Shown: positions 20,774 to 29,677 of the stretch, piece after piece | How the letters are laid out: each line of letters opens with the position of its first letter | Position numbering within the stretch: the first letter of the stretch is position 1 | DNA from: a virus | IMG/VR virus record: IMGVR_UViG_3300049846_002130 | Location: 64,001 to 128,000 of that record | DNA: 64,000 nt | Reading direction: 5' to 3' (one strand) | Translations under genes and position numbers: made by a program | Notes under the pieces: model-generated | Seen by the model: only the letters and a program-made list of their open reading frames with translations | What the model was told of the DNA's origin: nothing | The model's database searches: none

Positions 20774-21759
20774 TGCGTAGGAACCAGCGGGTATTGTTAG
20801 CTAAGCAGCCACACCAAGTCCTAGCTGCCAGGAAAGCCAGCTCGGCAGCAACTAGGGAGAATGTTTGGTCTTTCCTAAAAGAAAGACCAAACGCTAACAT
20901 CTTGGTGATTAGAGCCCTTGGTGGGATTGGAGATGTCTTAATGACAACCCCAGCTGTCCGCCAACTTAAAGAAGATTATCCCGGCTGTAGCATAACCTAT
21001 GCCACTGATAGAGATCCGGGTTCGGGCAATGTATATTATGATATCCTAAAGAACGCAGGATTCATAAATAACATTGTTGATGCCAAGCTAATCAATAGAG
21101 ATAGATTTGATAAGTATATTGACATAAGTTCTGTTTGCCTTAAATATGAACATTCTGATTTACCCATAATAAACCGTATTGATATCTTTTCTAAATCAAT
21201 AGGAAACCCTAGGCTTAAAAATCCTTTACCATTCTATAAGGTAGAGGAGTCAGAGCGAGCGGCTGCTCAACATAGAGTGCCACAGAATACAAGCTTAGTG
21301 TTTTATCATACAGCTTCGTTTGATTCTAAACGGACCTGGCCAGTGTTAAATCAACTACAGTTTCTTAAGTTAATGAATCAGCGGATGCCTAATATAAAAA
21401 TTCTTTTGTCTGATTTCAATAATCTAATTAAGAACAAGCAAGAATATCCTAATTGTTTAGACATATCATCATTACCTATTCGTGAAAAGGCTGCTCTAAT
21501 TGAGAGAAGTAATCTCTTTGTTGGGCCAGACTCAGGACTTCTGCATCTTGCGGGTGCGCTTAAAAAGAAAGGACTTGCCTTGTTCGGTAGCATTCCCCCA
21601 CAAGCGCGGATTAATTACTATCAAGGTATTTCTGCACTAACTGTAAATCCAAAGTTGTCTTGTCAATATTGTATTTATAAACCATGTTCTATAAACTTTA
21701 AGTGTATGTCGGATATACGTCCAGAGCACTTGGTCAATAAGATTCAAGAATTGATTTAG
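20773..21759 (+). CDS. Glycosyltransferase family 9 (heptosyltransferase-like)
   Basis: ILVIRALGGIGDVLMTTPAVRQLK; LFVGPDSGLLHLAGALKKKGLALFG; C-terminal CQYC...C...C. Confidence 0.9.
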   Translation: MRRNQRVLLAKQPHQVLAARKASSAATRENVWSFLKERPNANILVIRALGGIGDVLMTTPAVRQLKEDYPGCSITYATDRDPGSGNVYYDILKNAGFINNIVDAKLINRDRFDKYIDISSVCLKYEHSDLPIINRIDIFSKSIGNPRLKNPLPFYKVEESERAAAQHRVPQNTSLVFYHTASFDSKRTWPVLNQLQFLKLMNQRMPNIKILLSDFNNLIKNKQEYPNCLDISSLPIREKAALIERSNLFVGPDSGLLHLAGALKKKGLALFGSIPPQARINYYQGISALTVNPKLSCQYCIYKPCSINFKCMSDIRPEHLVNKIQELI

Positions 21760-21767
21760 GAGATATA

Positions 21768-22511
21768 ATGAAGAGTCTTAACGTAAGAGGTATCCCTTTC
21801 TTCGCTCGCGAAGGTACAGTAGATGAGGGAGTTATTCATGAAGTAGTTGAAGGTGATGTATATCAGCTAGACAAGATAACTCTTCGACCTAATCCCAATA
21901 TTGTAGATGTTGGGGGACACATAGGATCCTTTACTAAGCTAGCTGCATGGAAATGGCCTCATGGAACTTTCTTCGTGTATGAGGCCAATCCTAGAAATTG
22001 GGAAGTCTTAGATGCAAACCTACAGGACATTTCTAATAAGACTTCTATTTTTCATGGGGCCTGTGTTGGTGAAATACCAGTGAACAAACGAATTGTAATT
22101 AGTAAGGATGAGGCCGATAGGATTACTGGGGGCTGGGGAATAGTCTTTACTTCAACTGCATATGAAGAATCTTCTGATTCGGCAACAGAAACAATTGACA
22201 ACTTCTATTCTTTATCGGATTTACTTCCAGCTTTAGATAAAGTGGATATCCTCAAATTAGATTGTGAGGGGAGTGAGTTTAGTATTATTGGAGCTTTAAC
22301 AAAAGAAGAGCTTTATAATATTGATTATATTGTTGCTGAGGTTCATGTCGGAGCCACAAGTCATACGCCAATAAAATATCCAGAGTTTAGGGCAAAAATT
22401 TTACGTCAGTTTGTATGCCCTCAACTTGAGGCCCGTAGGGTTGTCGCTCCTAATGATATCTTTAATATTGTTGCCTGTAATCGCAAGTTAATACCTTCGA
22501 GACAGCAATGA
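21768..22511 (+). CDS. FkbM-family SAM-dependent methyltransferase
   Basis: IVDVGGHIGSFT, YEANPRN, DILKLDCEGSE. Confidence 0.9.
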   Translation: MKSLNVRGIPFFAREGTVDEGVIHEVVEGDVYQLDKITLRPNPNIVDVGGHIGSFTKLAAWKWPHGTFFVYEANPRNWEVLDANLQDISNKTSIFHGACVGEIPVNKRIVISKDEADRITGGWGIVFTSTAYEESSDSATETIDNFYSLSDLLPALDKVDILKLDCEGSEFSIIGALTKEELYNIDYIVAEVHVGATSHTPIKYPEFRAKILRQFVCPQLEARRVVAPNDIFNIVACNRKLIPSRQQ

Positions 22512-22846
22512 GATTCTGTTTTGATCTAGATGGTACCCTGTGCAAAGGTTTACCATACGAAGGAGCAGAGCCCCTTCCCGGAGCAAGAGAACTGTTGCTT
22601 CGATTGAAAGAAAAGGGACATACTATAATTATACAAACTGCTAGAGGTATGGGGACCTCTGCTGGAAATCAGGGTACTGCATTAAGTAAGATAGGACTGT
22701 TAACATTTGAACAGCTCCAAAGATGGGGCTTTGTTTATGATGAGTTATGGTTTGGTAAACCAGCAGCCGATAAGTATATTGATGACAAATCTTGTCAATC
22801 AATTCTTGACTTACTTGAGGATCCAGCCCTATGTCAGATCATTTAG
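22508..22846 (+). CDS. HAD-family phosphatase (EcbF/BcbF capsule-biosynthesis type)
   Basis: FDLDGTLC, TARGM, YDELWFGKP, YIDDK. Confidence 0.85.
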   Translation: MRFCFDLDGTLCKGLPYEGAEPLPGARELLLRLKEKGHTIIIQTARGMGTSAGNQGTALSKIGLLTFEQLQRWGFVYDELWFGKPAADKYIDDKSCQSILDLLEDPALCQII

Positions 22847-23145
22847 TAGTAGAGTATAGATTACAAGTTCTTGAGGAAAACCTTGAGAAGAGCCACGATC
22901 GTCTTTCTGATAAACTAGATACAACAATTGAAAAGCTTGGTCAGGCCACAACAGCTCTTGCTGTGCTAGACGGAAGACTCGAAGCTTTAGAAACAATGAG
23001 CCATGAACTAATTCCACTTAAGGATAGTGTAGCTAATCTTAGTTATAAAATGAAGTACCAGCTGGCACCTGGGGCATTAGGTGGAGGTATAATGACTGCG
23101 GTTATTGAATTAATTCGGGTACTTATGGATAAGCTATGGCAATAA
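22831..23145 (+). CDS. Coiled-coil protein with C-terminal hydrophobic helix (XhlA/holin-like)
   Basis: Heptad N-terminus followed by GALGGGIMTAVIELIRVL. Confidence 0.4.
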   Translation: MSDHLVVEYRLQVLEENLEKSHDRLSDKLDTTIEKLGQATTALAVLDGRLEALETMSHELIPLKDSVANLSYKMKYQLAPGALGGGIMTAVIELIRVLMDKLWQ

Positions 23146-23354
23146 CTGATGATCAGTATGATAGGTTAGTAAATCGTATTACTAGATTAGAAGAGACTTG
23201 TAATAACCTAATCGTTGCACAGTCTAGACTGATAAGTCTTACACAAGTAAATCAATTACTTACTTTAATACAAACACAAGTACAAGACCTTTCTGAACAA
23301 GTAGAAGCTCTTGAGGATAGGGTAAGTAGCATAGAAGAAGAGCCCCTCTCCTAG
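23136..23354 (+). CDS. Small coiled-coil protein
   Basis: 72 aa with a heptad repeat; last gene of the + strand block. Confidence 0.5.
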   Translation: MAITDDQYDRLVNRITRLEETCNNLIVAQSRLISLTQVNQLLTLIQTQVQDLSEQVEALEDRVSSIEEEPLS

Positions 23355-23557
23355 TCTCTAAGACTGTGAGGGGGCTCGCTAGTGGTGGGTAGGAGCCTTA
23401 AAGATAAAGCTTCTACTCTTTTTTCCATTGAGGCTATTTGCTTAAGTTGTTCTTCTATTTTTGATAGGACGACTGTTAGCAGATCAAGCTTGATAGTTAA
23501 GCTTTTACTCTGTTCTTCTAATTGGTTTAGTCTGCTTTCTAATTGGTGTGATTCCAT
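23351..23557 (-). CDS. Small coiled-coil protein
   Basis: 68 aa with a heptad repeat; last gene of the - strand block. Confidence 0.5.
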   Translation of the reverse strand: MESHQLESRLNQLEEQSKSLTIKLDLLTVVLSKIEEQLKQIASMEKRVEALSLRLLPTTSEPPHSLRD

Positions 23558-24080
23558 ACCAAGGCTCCCAATCTGTAGAAGTAACTTTATCCCCAGGAGA
23601 TTTACCAGCGTAAAGACCAGCAGCTAAATCTTCTGCTGTAACAGTTGTTGTCCTGGAAAACTTTTTGGTCTTATCATTAGTTATATAAATACCATCTGGC
23701 TTTACTCTAATACTAACAAGCTTTTCAGTAGAGATGATATTTGCTAGCTGGTCAGCTAATGTAAATCTTCCATTTGGTGTACTGTGCCAAATAGGCTTTG
23801 GTTCTGTTTTTTGAAAGATTTCTTTTCTTATCTCTGGACCGGCAAACCTGTCTGGGTCTTTAGCAAAAGATAAGATGAATTCTGAGAACTCTGCTTTTGC
23901 TCTAAGCCAAGTGTAAATAGCATTCCGTAAGGTCTCCTTTGAGGAGATAACTGAAATTAATTCTTTACCTCCAGGAATGACATGCTTTTCCATTTCTGTT
24001 TTTCTTTTTGTTAATAGGCCAACGATAGCTCCCTGATCAGAGAGACTTGGATCGTTGAATACCTCATACCTTGTTTTCAT
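23505..24080 (-). CDS. Hypothetical protein
   Basis: 191 aa ORF coupled to its neighbours. Confidence 0.5.
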   Translation of the reverse strand: MKTRYEVFNDPSLSDQGAIVGLLTKRKTEMEKHVIPGGKELISVISSKETLRNAIYTWLRAKAEFSEFILSFAKDPDRFAGPEIRKEIFQKTEPKPIWHSTPNGRFTLADQLANIISTEKLVSIRVKPDGIYITNDKTKKFSRTTTVTAEDLAAGLYAGKSPGDKVTSTDWEPWYGITPIRKQTKPIRRTE

Positions 24081-24646
24081 TTAATATTCTCCTTAATGTA
24101 TCTGTAAGGTACTTCCGTGGTAGTAATAGCTTTCAGTCTGGGAAAACTAAATTCTACTAAAGCAATACTATAAACATATCTTTGATATGGGTCCATTCTT
24201 TCAAGTTCAATTTTATTTGAGATACCTTCTTCATCTATATAATGATACTCAAGAGGGGGAGGTATAAAGACTTTACGCTCGGATACCGATGCAATGTAAT
24301 TAGAGACATGGATCACAATCTGTCTTTTTAGAAGTAGGGCGGGAATAGATGGTGTCGAGTGGTTAAATACTTTAAATCCTCTAATTTGTTTTAAGTAAAT
24401 AATTGCTATGTCCTGCCAGGCATCCTCAGAATCTATATTGGTTTTGAACTTACTGAAATCTGCACGATTAAAAAACTCAGCCATTCGATATGAGATATTT
24501 TTTGCTATAGGGTTATATAGCATATCTATCCAATGATCAATATCAGGAATCAGTAGTTGAAATATTTTTTCTACTTCTTTTTGGTTTAGAAGATTTACTA
24601 GTTCCTGATGGGTTATCTGCAGGTTTCTGAAGATTGGCTCTCTCAT
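24077..24646 (-). CDS. Possible sigma-70/ECF-like transcription factor
   Basis: Region 2-like LYNPIAKNISYRM...DSEDAWQDIAIIYLKQIRGF; weak region 4-like LERMDPYQRYVY. Confidence 0.4.
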   Translation of the reverse strand: MREPIFRNLQITHQELVNLLNQKEVEKIFQLLIPDIDHWIDMLYNPIAKNISYRMAEFFNRADFSKFKTNIDSEDAWQDIAIIYLKQIRGFKVFNHSTPSIPALLLKRQIVIHVSNYIASVSERKVFIPPPLEYHYIDEEGISNKIELERMDPYQRYVYSIALVEFSFPRLKAITTTEVPYRYIKENIK

Positions 24647-25094
24647 GTATATAAGTATATCCTAATGCCAGAGCATCTGCTTCATTATCATCTTTTGCTT
24701 CGAAGGAAAAGGTTTTGTTAGCCCACAAAATCATTTCTTCTTTTTGCGCGCGCCCATTACCAGTACAAAATTTCTTAGCTTGAGTCGGGGCAATACCATA
24801 TATGGGAATGTCTTGAAGATATGTCGTGGCCTGGAGCATTGAGACAATTCCGCCATACACTAAGGCAGCTTGTGAACTACTCCAGCGTTTAACAGCCTCG
24901 TATACAACTGTGTCTGGTTTATAGTAAACCAGGAGATTTTTGAATGCCTCAAGAGCATTATTAAATCTTTGTCCAGAATGCTGATTCTTTATTGTAGAAA
25001 AATTAAGAACCCCGCTAGAAACCCTTTGAGAGTCTTCAAAGAAAGCCCAGCCACAAGTGGTTGCTGGGTCTATTGATAATACTCTACTACTCAT
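24543..25094 (-). CDS. ruvC: RuvC-like Holliday junction resolvase
   Basis: VLSIDPATT, VVYE, PTQAKKFCTGNGRAQKEEM, DDNEADALA. Confidence 0.9.
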   Translation of the reverse strand: MSSRVLSIDPATTCGWAFFEDSQRVSSGVLNFSTIKNQHSGQRFNNALEAFKNLLVYYKPDTVVYEAVKRWSSSQAALVYGGIVSMLQATTYLQDIPIYGIAPTQAKKFCTGNGRAQKEEMILWANKTFSFEAKDDNEADALALGYTYIHERANLQKPADNPSGTSKSSKPKRSRKNISTTDS

Positions 25095-25672
25095 TGAATA
25101 CTCCTATATGGAATAATCTTGTCTACAAGTTTATGCTTTTTGGCTTCACGAGCTGTAATGTAATTATGTGTTGTGCTTGTTCCAAATATATCTGCAAAGT
25201 TTTGTTTGTTTATATTTAAACGTTTGGAGATAAGTTCCTGCATTTGGGTATTGCACCATTTATAGTGTTTATAAAGTTCTTCGCCAGCATTGGCACTTTC
25301 TACTATGTTCCAGCTAATCACGTTGTGGTAGAAGAACGTAGTGGCAGGAGTGCACTGTCTAATATCTCCCGCCATATAAACAAGTAGTGCAGCTGATCCG
25401 ACAAATCCAACACCAAAGGCCAATATTGGATTAGGAACTGTTCTTAAGATATCAAATATTGCAAGACCAGCATAGAAGCTGCCTCCAGGAGAATTAATAA
25501 TAACCTGTATGGGGGCAGTTTTATCCAGGGTCTGCAGGGTTAGTATTTGGCCGATTGCCTTGGAAGCTCCTTCGTCTGTTATTTCTCCTGTAATTTCTAC
25601 AGAACGAGTAGTGGGTCCAAAGTAGGAATTTTCTTTTGGCCAAAGTTGAAATTCAGGTTGAGATTGACTCAT
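25091..25672 (-). CDS. clpP: ClpP-family protease subunit
   Basis: INSPGGS, GSAA (catalytic Ser), FFYHN (catalytic His), ITAREAKKHKLVDKII. Confidence 0.9.
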   Translation of the reverse strand: MSQSQPEFQLWPKENSYFGPTTRSVEITGEITDEGASKAIGQILTLQTLDKTAPIQVIINSPGGSFYAGLAIFDILRTVPNPILAFGVGFVGSAALLVYMAGDIRQCTPATTFFYHNVISWNIVESANAGEELYKHYKWCNTQMQELISKRLNINKQNFADIFGTSTTHNYITAREAKKHKLVDKIIPYRSIQ

Positions 25673-26120
25673 TAATTAACTCCAGGAGTAGATTGGCAGA
25701 TAGACTTTCTTTTAATTTATATGGAATTTCCAAATAGTTAAATCCATTTTGTAGAGCAATTCCTTTTTTAGCTGTGTCTCTAAATTTAAGAAGATTGTAA
25801 TTAATTAATTTTTCTCTAATTGAGATAGTGCCAAAGCTAGTTGCTTTATAATGCTGATTACCGTGTAGTTCTATAATTAGCATCAGCTCTTTAATATACC
25901 AATCATAATGATGATTGGTATATTCATATTCAGGAAATAGATCACATACATTAACTTCTTGATAACAAGTTAATTTTGCAAATGGTAGTTCTGTACAAAG
26001 AACTGTTCTTAGGGCTTCGTGAAATTGGCTTTTGTTTGATAGTTGTTCATACTGTGTATGGTATTTTGCCAAAGACAGACAGTCCTTCTTTTCCTGCTTT
26101 AATTTCTCGTCTACTTCCAA
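25653..26120 (-). CDS. DUF559/Vsr-like endonuclease
   Basis: HYDWYIKELMLIIELHGNQHY. Confidence 0.7.
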   Translation of the reverse strand: MEVDEKLKQEKKDCLSLAKYHTQYEQLSNKSQFHEALRTVLCTELPFAKLTCYQEVNVCDLFPEYEYTNHHYDWYIKELMLIIELHGNQHYKATSFGTISIREKLINYNLLKFRDTAKKGIALQNGFNYLEIPYKLKESLSANLLLELINESIST

Positions 26121-26397
26121 TTTCTAAAAGCCTATGTTCATGTAGGAAGGCTATTAAGTCGTAGAACTCTTGGTTATCAGATATTTTTTTAAAGAGACCG
26201 GGACTAGTTGGGTCTACTTCTTCTACCCACATCTTATTAGCCTCTATATCTGCATAGGCACAATATTCTTTAAGCCCACGATGAACCGTAGCTAAATGTA
26301 TATATGGTTGGCCTTTACTATTGCAACCAAAGATTTTCTTATCTAGTGGTTGATAAACATCATTAGTAATAGTAAATCCTGTACCAAAACTTTTCAT
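26047..26397 (-). CDS. Hypothetical protein
   Basis: Start moved to the ATG at 26397, which forms an ATGA overlap with the upstream stop. Confidence 0.5.
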   Translation of the reverse strand: MKSFGTGFTITNDVYQPLDKKIFGCNSKGQPYIHLATVHRGLKEYCAYADIEANKMWVEEVDPTSPGLFKKISDNQEFYDLIAFLHEHRLLEIGSRREIKAGKEGLSVFGKIPYTV

Positions 26398-27158
26398 TTT
26401 AGTCTCCTTGCTGGAAAGCATATAGGTTTAAACTCGCATGAATGTGCGCATGGTGTTAATGGAAAGTGATACTTTGTTTCTAGCAATTTAACTGGTTGCT
26501 CAAGAAACTCAAGCCAGGTTCTTTTTTCCATTGATTTGTCATATTGCAACGAAGTGTAAGCTACATCTTCATTACTATTATTAGTACTAAATAGATGTAG
26601 CTTAGCTTCGGTTGAGGTGGTTGAGAGTGGGGTGTTAGCTCCCAATGTTTGTACCTTAAGTAAACTGATTAGATCAGATTCCATATCTCTTATTGTGTTG
26701 TAAGGTACAAAGCTTATAGCATGTAATGTTTTTGCTCGACTAACCTTTTGGGTTCCCCATACTCTCGGAGATACTAGCTGTAAGGAATTTATATTAAGTC
26801 TTAAGCTCGAGTGGCTTATGTTAACAAAGTAATCAAATGGACCGAATATTGGTATATAGATACTAGGATTTAGGATTTCTAAGACTTGGTTAACTGCTAA
26901 AACAGCATGACGAATATCTTCTTGAATTTCAATAATATTGTTTTTATTTTGTTTTAATAACTTAGTTTCCAAATAGCGACTATGAAAATAAAGGCTTTGT
27001 TTATAATCAAAGTTTATGTCTTTTAAAAGATCTTGAACCAACCTGTTATATAGGTTCTCTACATATTGAAGTTTTTTAGAAGCAGTAAGGTTGCCCCCTT
27101 TGTGATGAAATTCCGAACATTTGATATAGGCTCGGAGTTCAGACTCTTCTATTCTCAT
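26394..27158 (-). CDS. Degenerate PD-(D/E)XK (Cas4/AddB-like) nuclease
   Basis: N-terminal SELRAYIKC and C-terminal PCAHSCEFKPIC Cys frame; no recognisable catalytic D...ExK. Confidence 0.55.
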   Translation of the reverse strand: MRIEESELRAYIKCSEFHHKGGNLTASKKLQYVENLYNRLVQDLLKDINFDYKQSLYFHSRYLETKLLKQNKNNIIEIQEDIRHAVLAVNQVLEILNPSIYIPIFGPFDYFVNISHSSLRLNINSLQLVSPRVWGTQKVSRAKTLHAISFVPYNTIRDMESDLISLLKVQTLGANTPLSTTSTEAKLHLFSTNNSNEDVAYTSLQYDKSMEKRTWLEFLEQPVKLLETKYHFPLTPCAHSCEFKPICFPARRLK

Positions 27159-27661
27159 ACAGCAGTAAAGTAGGCTAAACTATAATTATCAGGGTCTTGT
27201 GTGTACCAGTATCCTGCTGAGGTTATTGGACAATTATAACTGTTGTCATAATTAATCTTAATATCAGTATTAGGAGTTTTAGACCAATTGCCTGGAGCTA
27301 AATAGTGAGACTCAAGCTGAGTTGATCCAACCTTATTGACTTCTACAATTTTGCGAATGTTTTCAATAACTTCTTTAGATAGAGTTTCTGCTTCTTTTAC
27401 TTTAGGATCTAGTTTAGCAGCAGGAGTTATTTGATCGAAGAGTGGAGATAGAACAATGTCACTTAGAGCCTCTTCGTCAATTTCTCGTATATCAGTATTA
27501 GTTGAAACAAAATTATAAGTTGTTTCATCTTCATCTAGATTATCTTTTATTTCAAAATAAAAGAAATCACTATCATATTCGAAGTTTACTAAGGACAAAG
27601 ACATTTCTTCTAAAAGCTCTAGGGTTTTAAGGTAAAGCTTATCTATTAGGAGGTCATTCAT
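27155..27661 (-). CDS. Hypothetical acidic protein
   Basis: 168 aa ORF, coupled. Confidence 0.5.
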   Translation of the reverse strand: MNDLLIDKLYLKTLELLEEMSLSLVNFEYDSDFFYFEIKDNLDEDETTYNFVSTNTDIREIDEEALSDIVLSPLFDQITPAAKLDPKVKEAETLSKEVIENIRKIVEVNKVGSTQLESHYLAPGNWSKTPNTDIKINYDNSYNCPITSAGYWYTQDPDNYSLAYFTAV

Positions 27662-27662
27662 T

Positions 27663-27857
27663 TTAACCTATTCTCCATGCGTTTACTGTATGATGGCGGC
27701 CTTGTGACCAATTAGGTGTAAGTACTTTAACTAATGTGCTCTTGCAAGAGTCACACTCTGGTATTTCATCTGAGGTATGCATTAGCTCTATAAGCATGTC
27801 GTACTTAGCGCATAAAGTATTCTTACATTTAAAATCATTAATTTTCCAGTTGCTCAT
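27663..27857 (-). CDS. FmdB-like zinc-ribbon protein
   Basis: DFKCKNTLC...PECDSCKSTLVKV. Confidence 0.7.
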   Translation of the reverse strand: MSNWKINDFKCKNTLCAKYDMLIELMHTSDEIPECDSCKSTLVKVLTPNWSQGRHHTVNAWRIG

Positions 27858-27882
27858 AATTTCTAGCCTTTAGAAAATATAA

Positions 27883-27905
27883 AGTCTTGCTTTTAAAGCA
27901 AGACT
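27883..27905 (-). terminator. Probable intrinsic terminator
   Basis: agtcttgct/agcaagact inverted repeat followed by ttatatttt on the - strand. Confidence 0.55.
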
Positions 27906-27977
27906 CCAGTTTGATAAAGTACTTGAGATATTCTTGACCCAAGGATTAGGTATTTTATTAACACTGATTTAATCTTG

Positions 27978-28277
27978 TTAATCATCATTGTCCCAAACAT
28001 TTGGAACCTCTACTTCGGGGCTTGAGCTATGAAGTCTCTTAATATGCTCATTTAGAAATATTGGACAGCTTTCTATATTTTTTAGCTTAGCTTCTTTCCA
28101 TTCCATAACAGCAACTGTTCCATCTACGATATCATTGGTTTTAAGTAAGCCTTTAATTACCAAGGTCTGTCTGAGCCTGGGTACTGGATTGCCTAAATAG
28201 ACAATTTTACCGGTCTCTAGAAAATAAAATTTTCTGTCTCTATAGGAAAGAAATCCCTTAGTCTTATCGTTTAACAT
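27978..28277 (-). CDS. Hypothetical protein
   Basis: 99 aa ORF with an upstream GAGG. Confidence 0.5.
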   Translation of the reverse strand: MLNDKTKGFLSYRDRKFYFLETGKIVYLGNPVPRLRQTLVIKGLLKTNDIVDGTVAVMEWKEAKLKNIESCPIFLNEHIKRLHSSSPEVEVPNVWDNDD

Positions 28278-28283
28278 TTAACC

Positions 28284-28670
28284 TCACATATGAACTCTAA
28301 TAGAATCTTTAGAATTATCGTATGTACTTGCTTCAACTAAAAGTACATCACTGGTTAGAGCGCATAGCTGGTGTAAAAATCCAGGGGGCACGACTACAGC
28401 TTCTAAAGGGTTAACTAAGTATTCTTCTGGTTCTGTTGTTACCGGATGAATTGTTTTTAAAAGTAGGGCACCACTTATTACAAGTAATGTTTCATGTTTA
28501 TCAATATGAAAATGCATGGAGCCACAGGAACTAGATTTGATGGTTAGGGTTTTTAGGCAATACTTTTCATTCATATAAGTATTTTCCTCGCCCCATCGCT
28601 TTTCAGTTGTTAGGATACCCTTTTTAAGTATCTTTGCTACCGATTCACTAGCTCCTATTTTATATTCCAT
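28284..28670 (-). CDS. Cupin (sugar isomerase-like)
   Basis: KRWGEE, SMHFHIDKHET, VPPGFLHQL. Confidence 0.8.
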   Translation of the reverse strand: MEYKIGASESVAKILKKGILTTEKRWGEENTYMNEKYCLKTLTIKSSSCGSMHFHIDKHETLLVISGALLLKTIHPVTTEPEEYLVNPLEAVVVPPGFLHQLCALTSDVLLVEASTYDNSKDSIRVHM

Positions 28671-29677
28671 TATACCCCTAATAATCTTTTAATCTTTCTA
28701 ATAAAGTCTTTTCTTTCTGTTTTGCTTGTTAGTTTAGCCTGTCCTAGAATTTTTGCTCTAGTTTCTGGATCTTTATTCCAAGAATCTAACTTGTTATTAA
28801 ACTCATACCTAGCAGCTGCAGTAGTAAGAAGATTAAGTGCTTCTTGTTCTGGAGCAGAGAGACTAATTGTATCACGTTTGAAATCACACCAAGCCATGTA
28901 AGCATATGGGCACCACGCTTCCACTATCTTACCAATAAGGTTAGCTATTTCTCTAATCTCTTGTTGGGCATGTGGGTCTGTTCTTAGCCACATGAAGTGT
29001 AGCAAATTGTGGAGGTCTTGTTTATAATACACCTCCGTATAGGTACTCATTGGTAGATCCTTACGGGCCTGCTCTCTAGCCACACCCAGAGCAAGACGCT
29101 CTAGATATACCTCTCTGGCAAGGTCCTGAAGTTGCTGCTCTCTACTTGAGAGGTACTGGTTTATATCTAAGCCAAGCTGCTCAGCCTCGGTCCACAAGTC
29201 AAAGAGAATATTAGCTTTGCTCCCAAGCAAAGCTAATAGCTCGACCTCTCGTTCAGGACTGATTGGAAAAGGCCAGGCTGTTATAGCTTCGCCAGAGCCT
29301 TGTTTATTGTCTTTGGATTGGGAGCGCCAGGTTTGTGCTGTCATCATATCGTCAATAGCTATGGAATATCGGGTGCTATACTCGTTCACGTTTGCCGTGC
29401 GGTGTCGCACCATTTGGCGCCATGTATCTATGCTTAGCCTAATATGTAATTTAATTTCACATTGCTCTAGTGGCGAAGTGTGGTGATGATTGACCAGGTA
29501 ACGGATAAGCTGCTTATCTTCAGTTACTGACTTGGTCCCGGCACCATAAGATATACGAGCTGCTTGACAGATAGCTTGGTCGTCACCCATGGTGTCAACT
29601 AGGTAAAGCCAGCCTCCAGATCCAAACTTTTGAGGATTGTTAGCTCCAAACTGTTCTAATAGCTCCTGCTTTGTCAT
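28670..29677 (-). CDS. thyX: FAD-dependent thymidylate synthase ThyX
   Basis: AARISY, HTSPLE, RHRTANVNEYSTRY, GVAREQAR. Confidence 0.97.
   Translation of the reverse strand: MTKQELLEQFGANNPQKFGSGGWLYLVDTMGDDQAICQAARISYGAGTKSVTEDKQLIRYLVNHHHTSPLEQCEIKLHIRLSIDTWRQMVRHRTANVNEYSTRYSIAIDDMMTAQTWRSQSKDNKQGSGEAITAWPFPISPEREVELLALLGSKANILFDLWTEAEQLGLDINQYLSSREQQLQDLAREVYLERLALGVAREQARKDLPMSTYTEVYYKQDLHNLLHFMWLRTDPHAQQEIREIANLIGKIVEAWCPYAYMAWCDFKRDTISLSAPEQEALNLLTTAAARYEFNNKLDSWNKDPETRAKILGQAKLTSKTERKDFIRKIKRLLGV

Noticed and set aside
172-21593. Short antisense or alternative-frame ORFs inside structural genes (for example 172-411, 2442-2714, 5508-5720, 11577-11816, 21378-21593)
   Set aside because: Fully nested in long coupled genes, with no RBS or motifs; consistent with shadow ORFs
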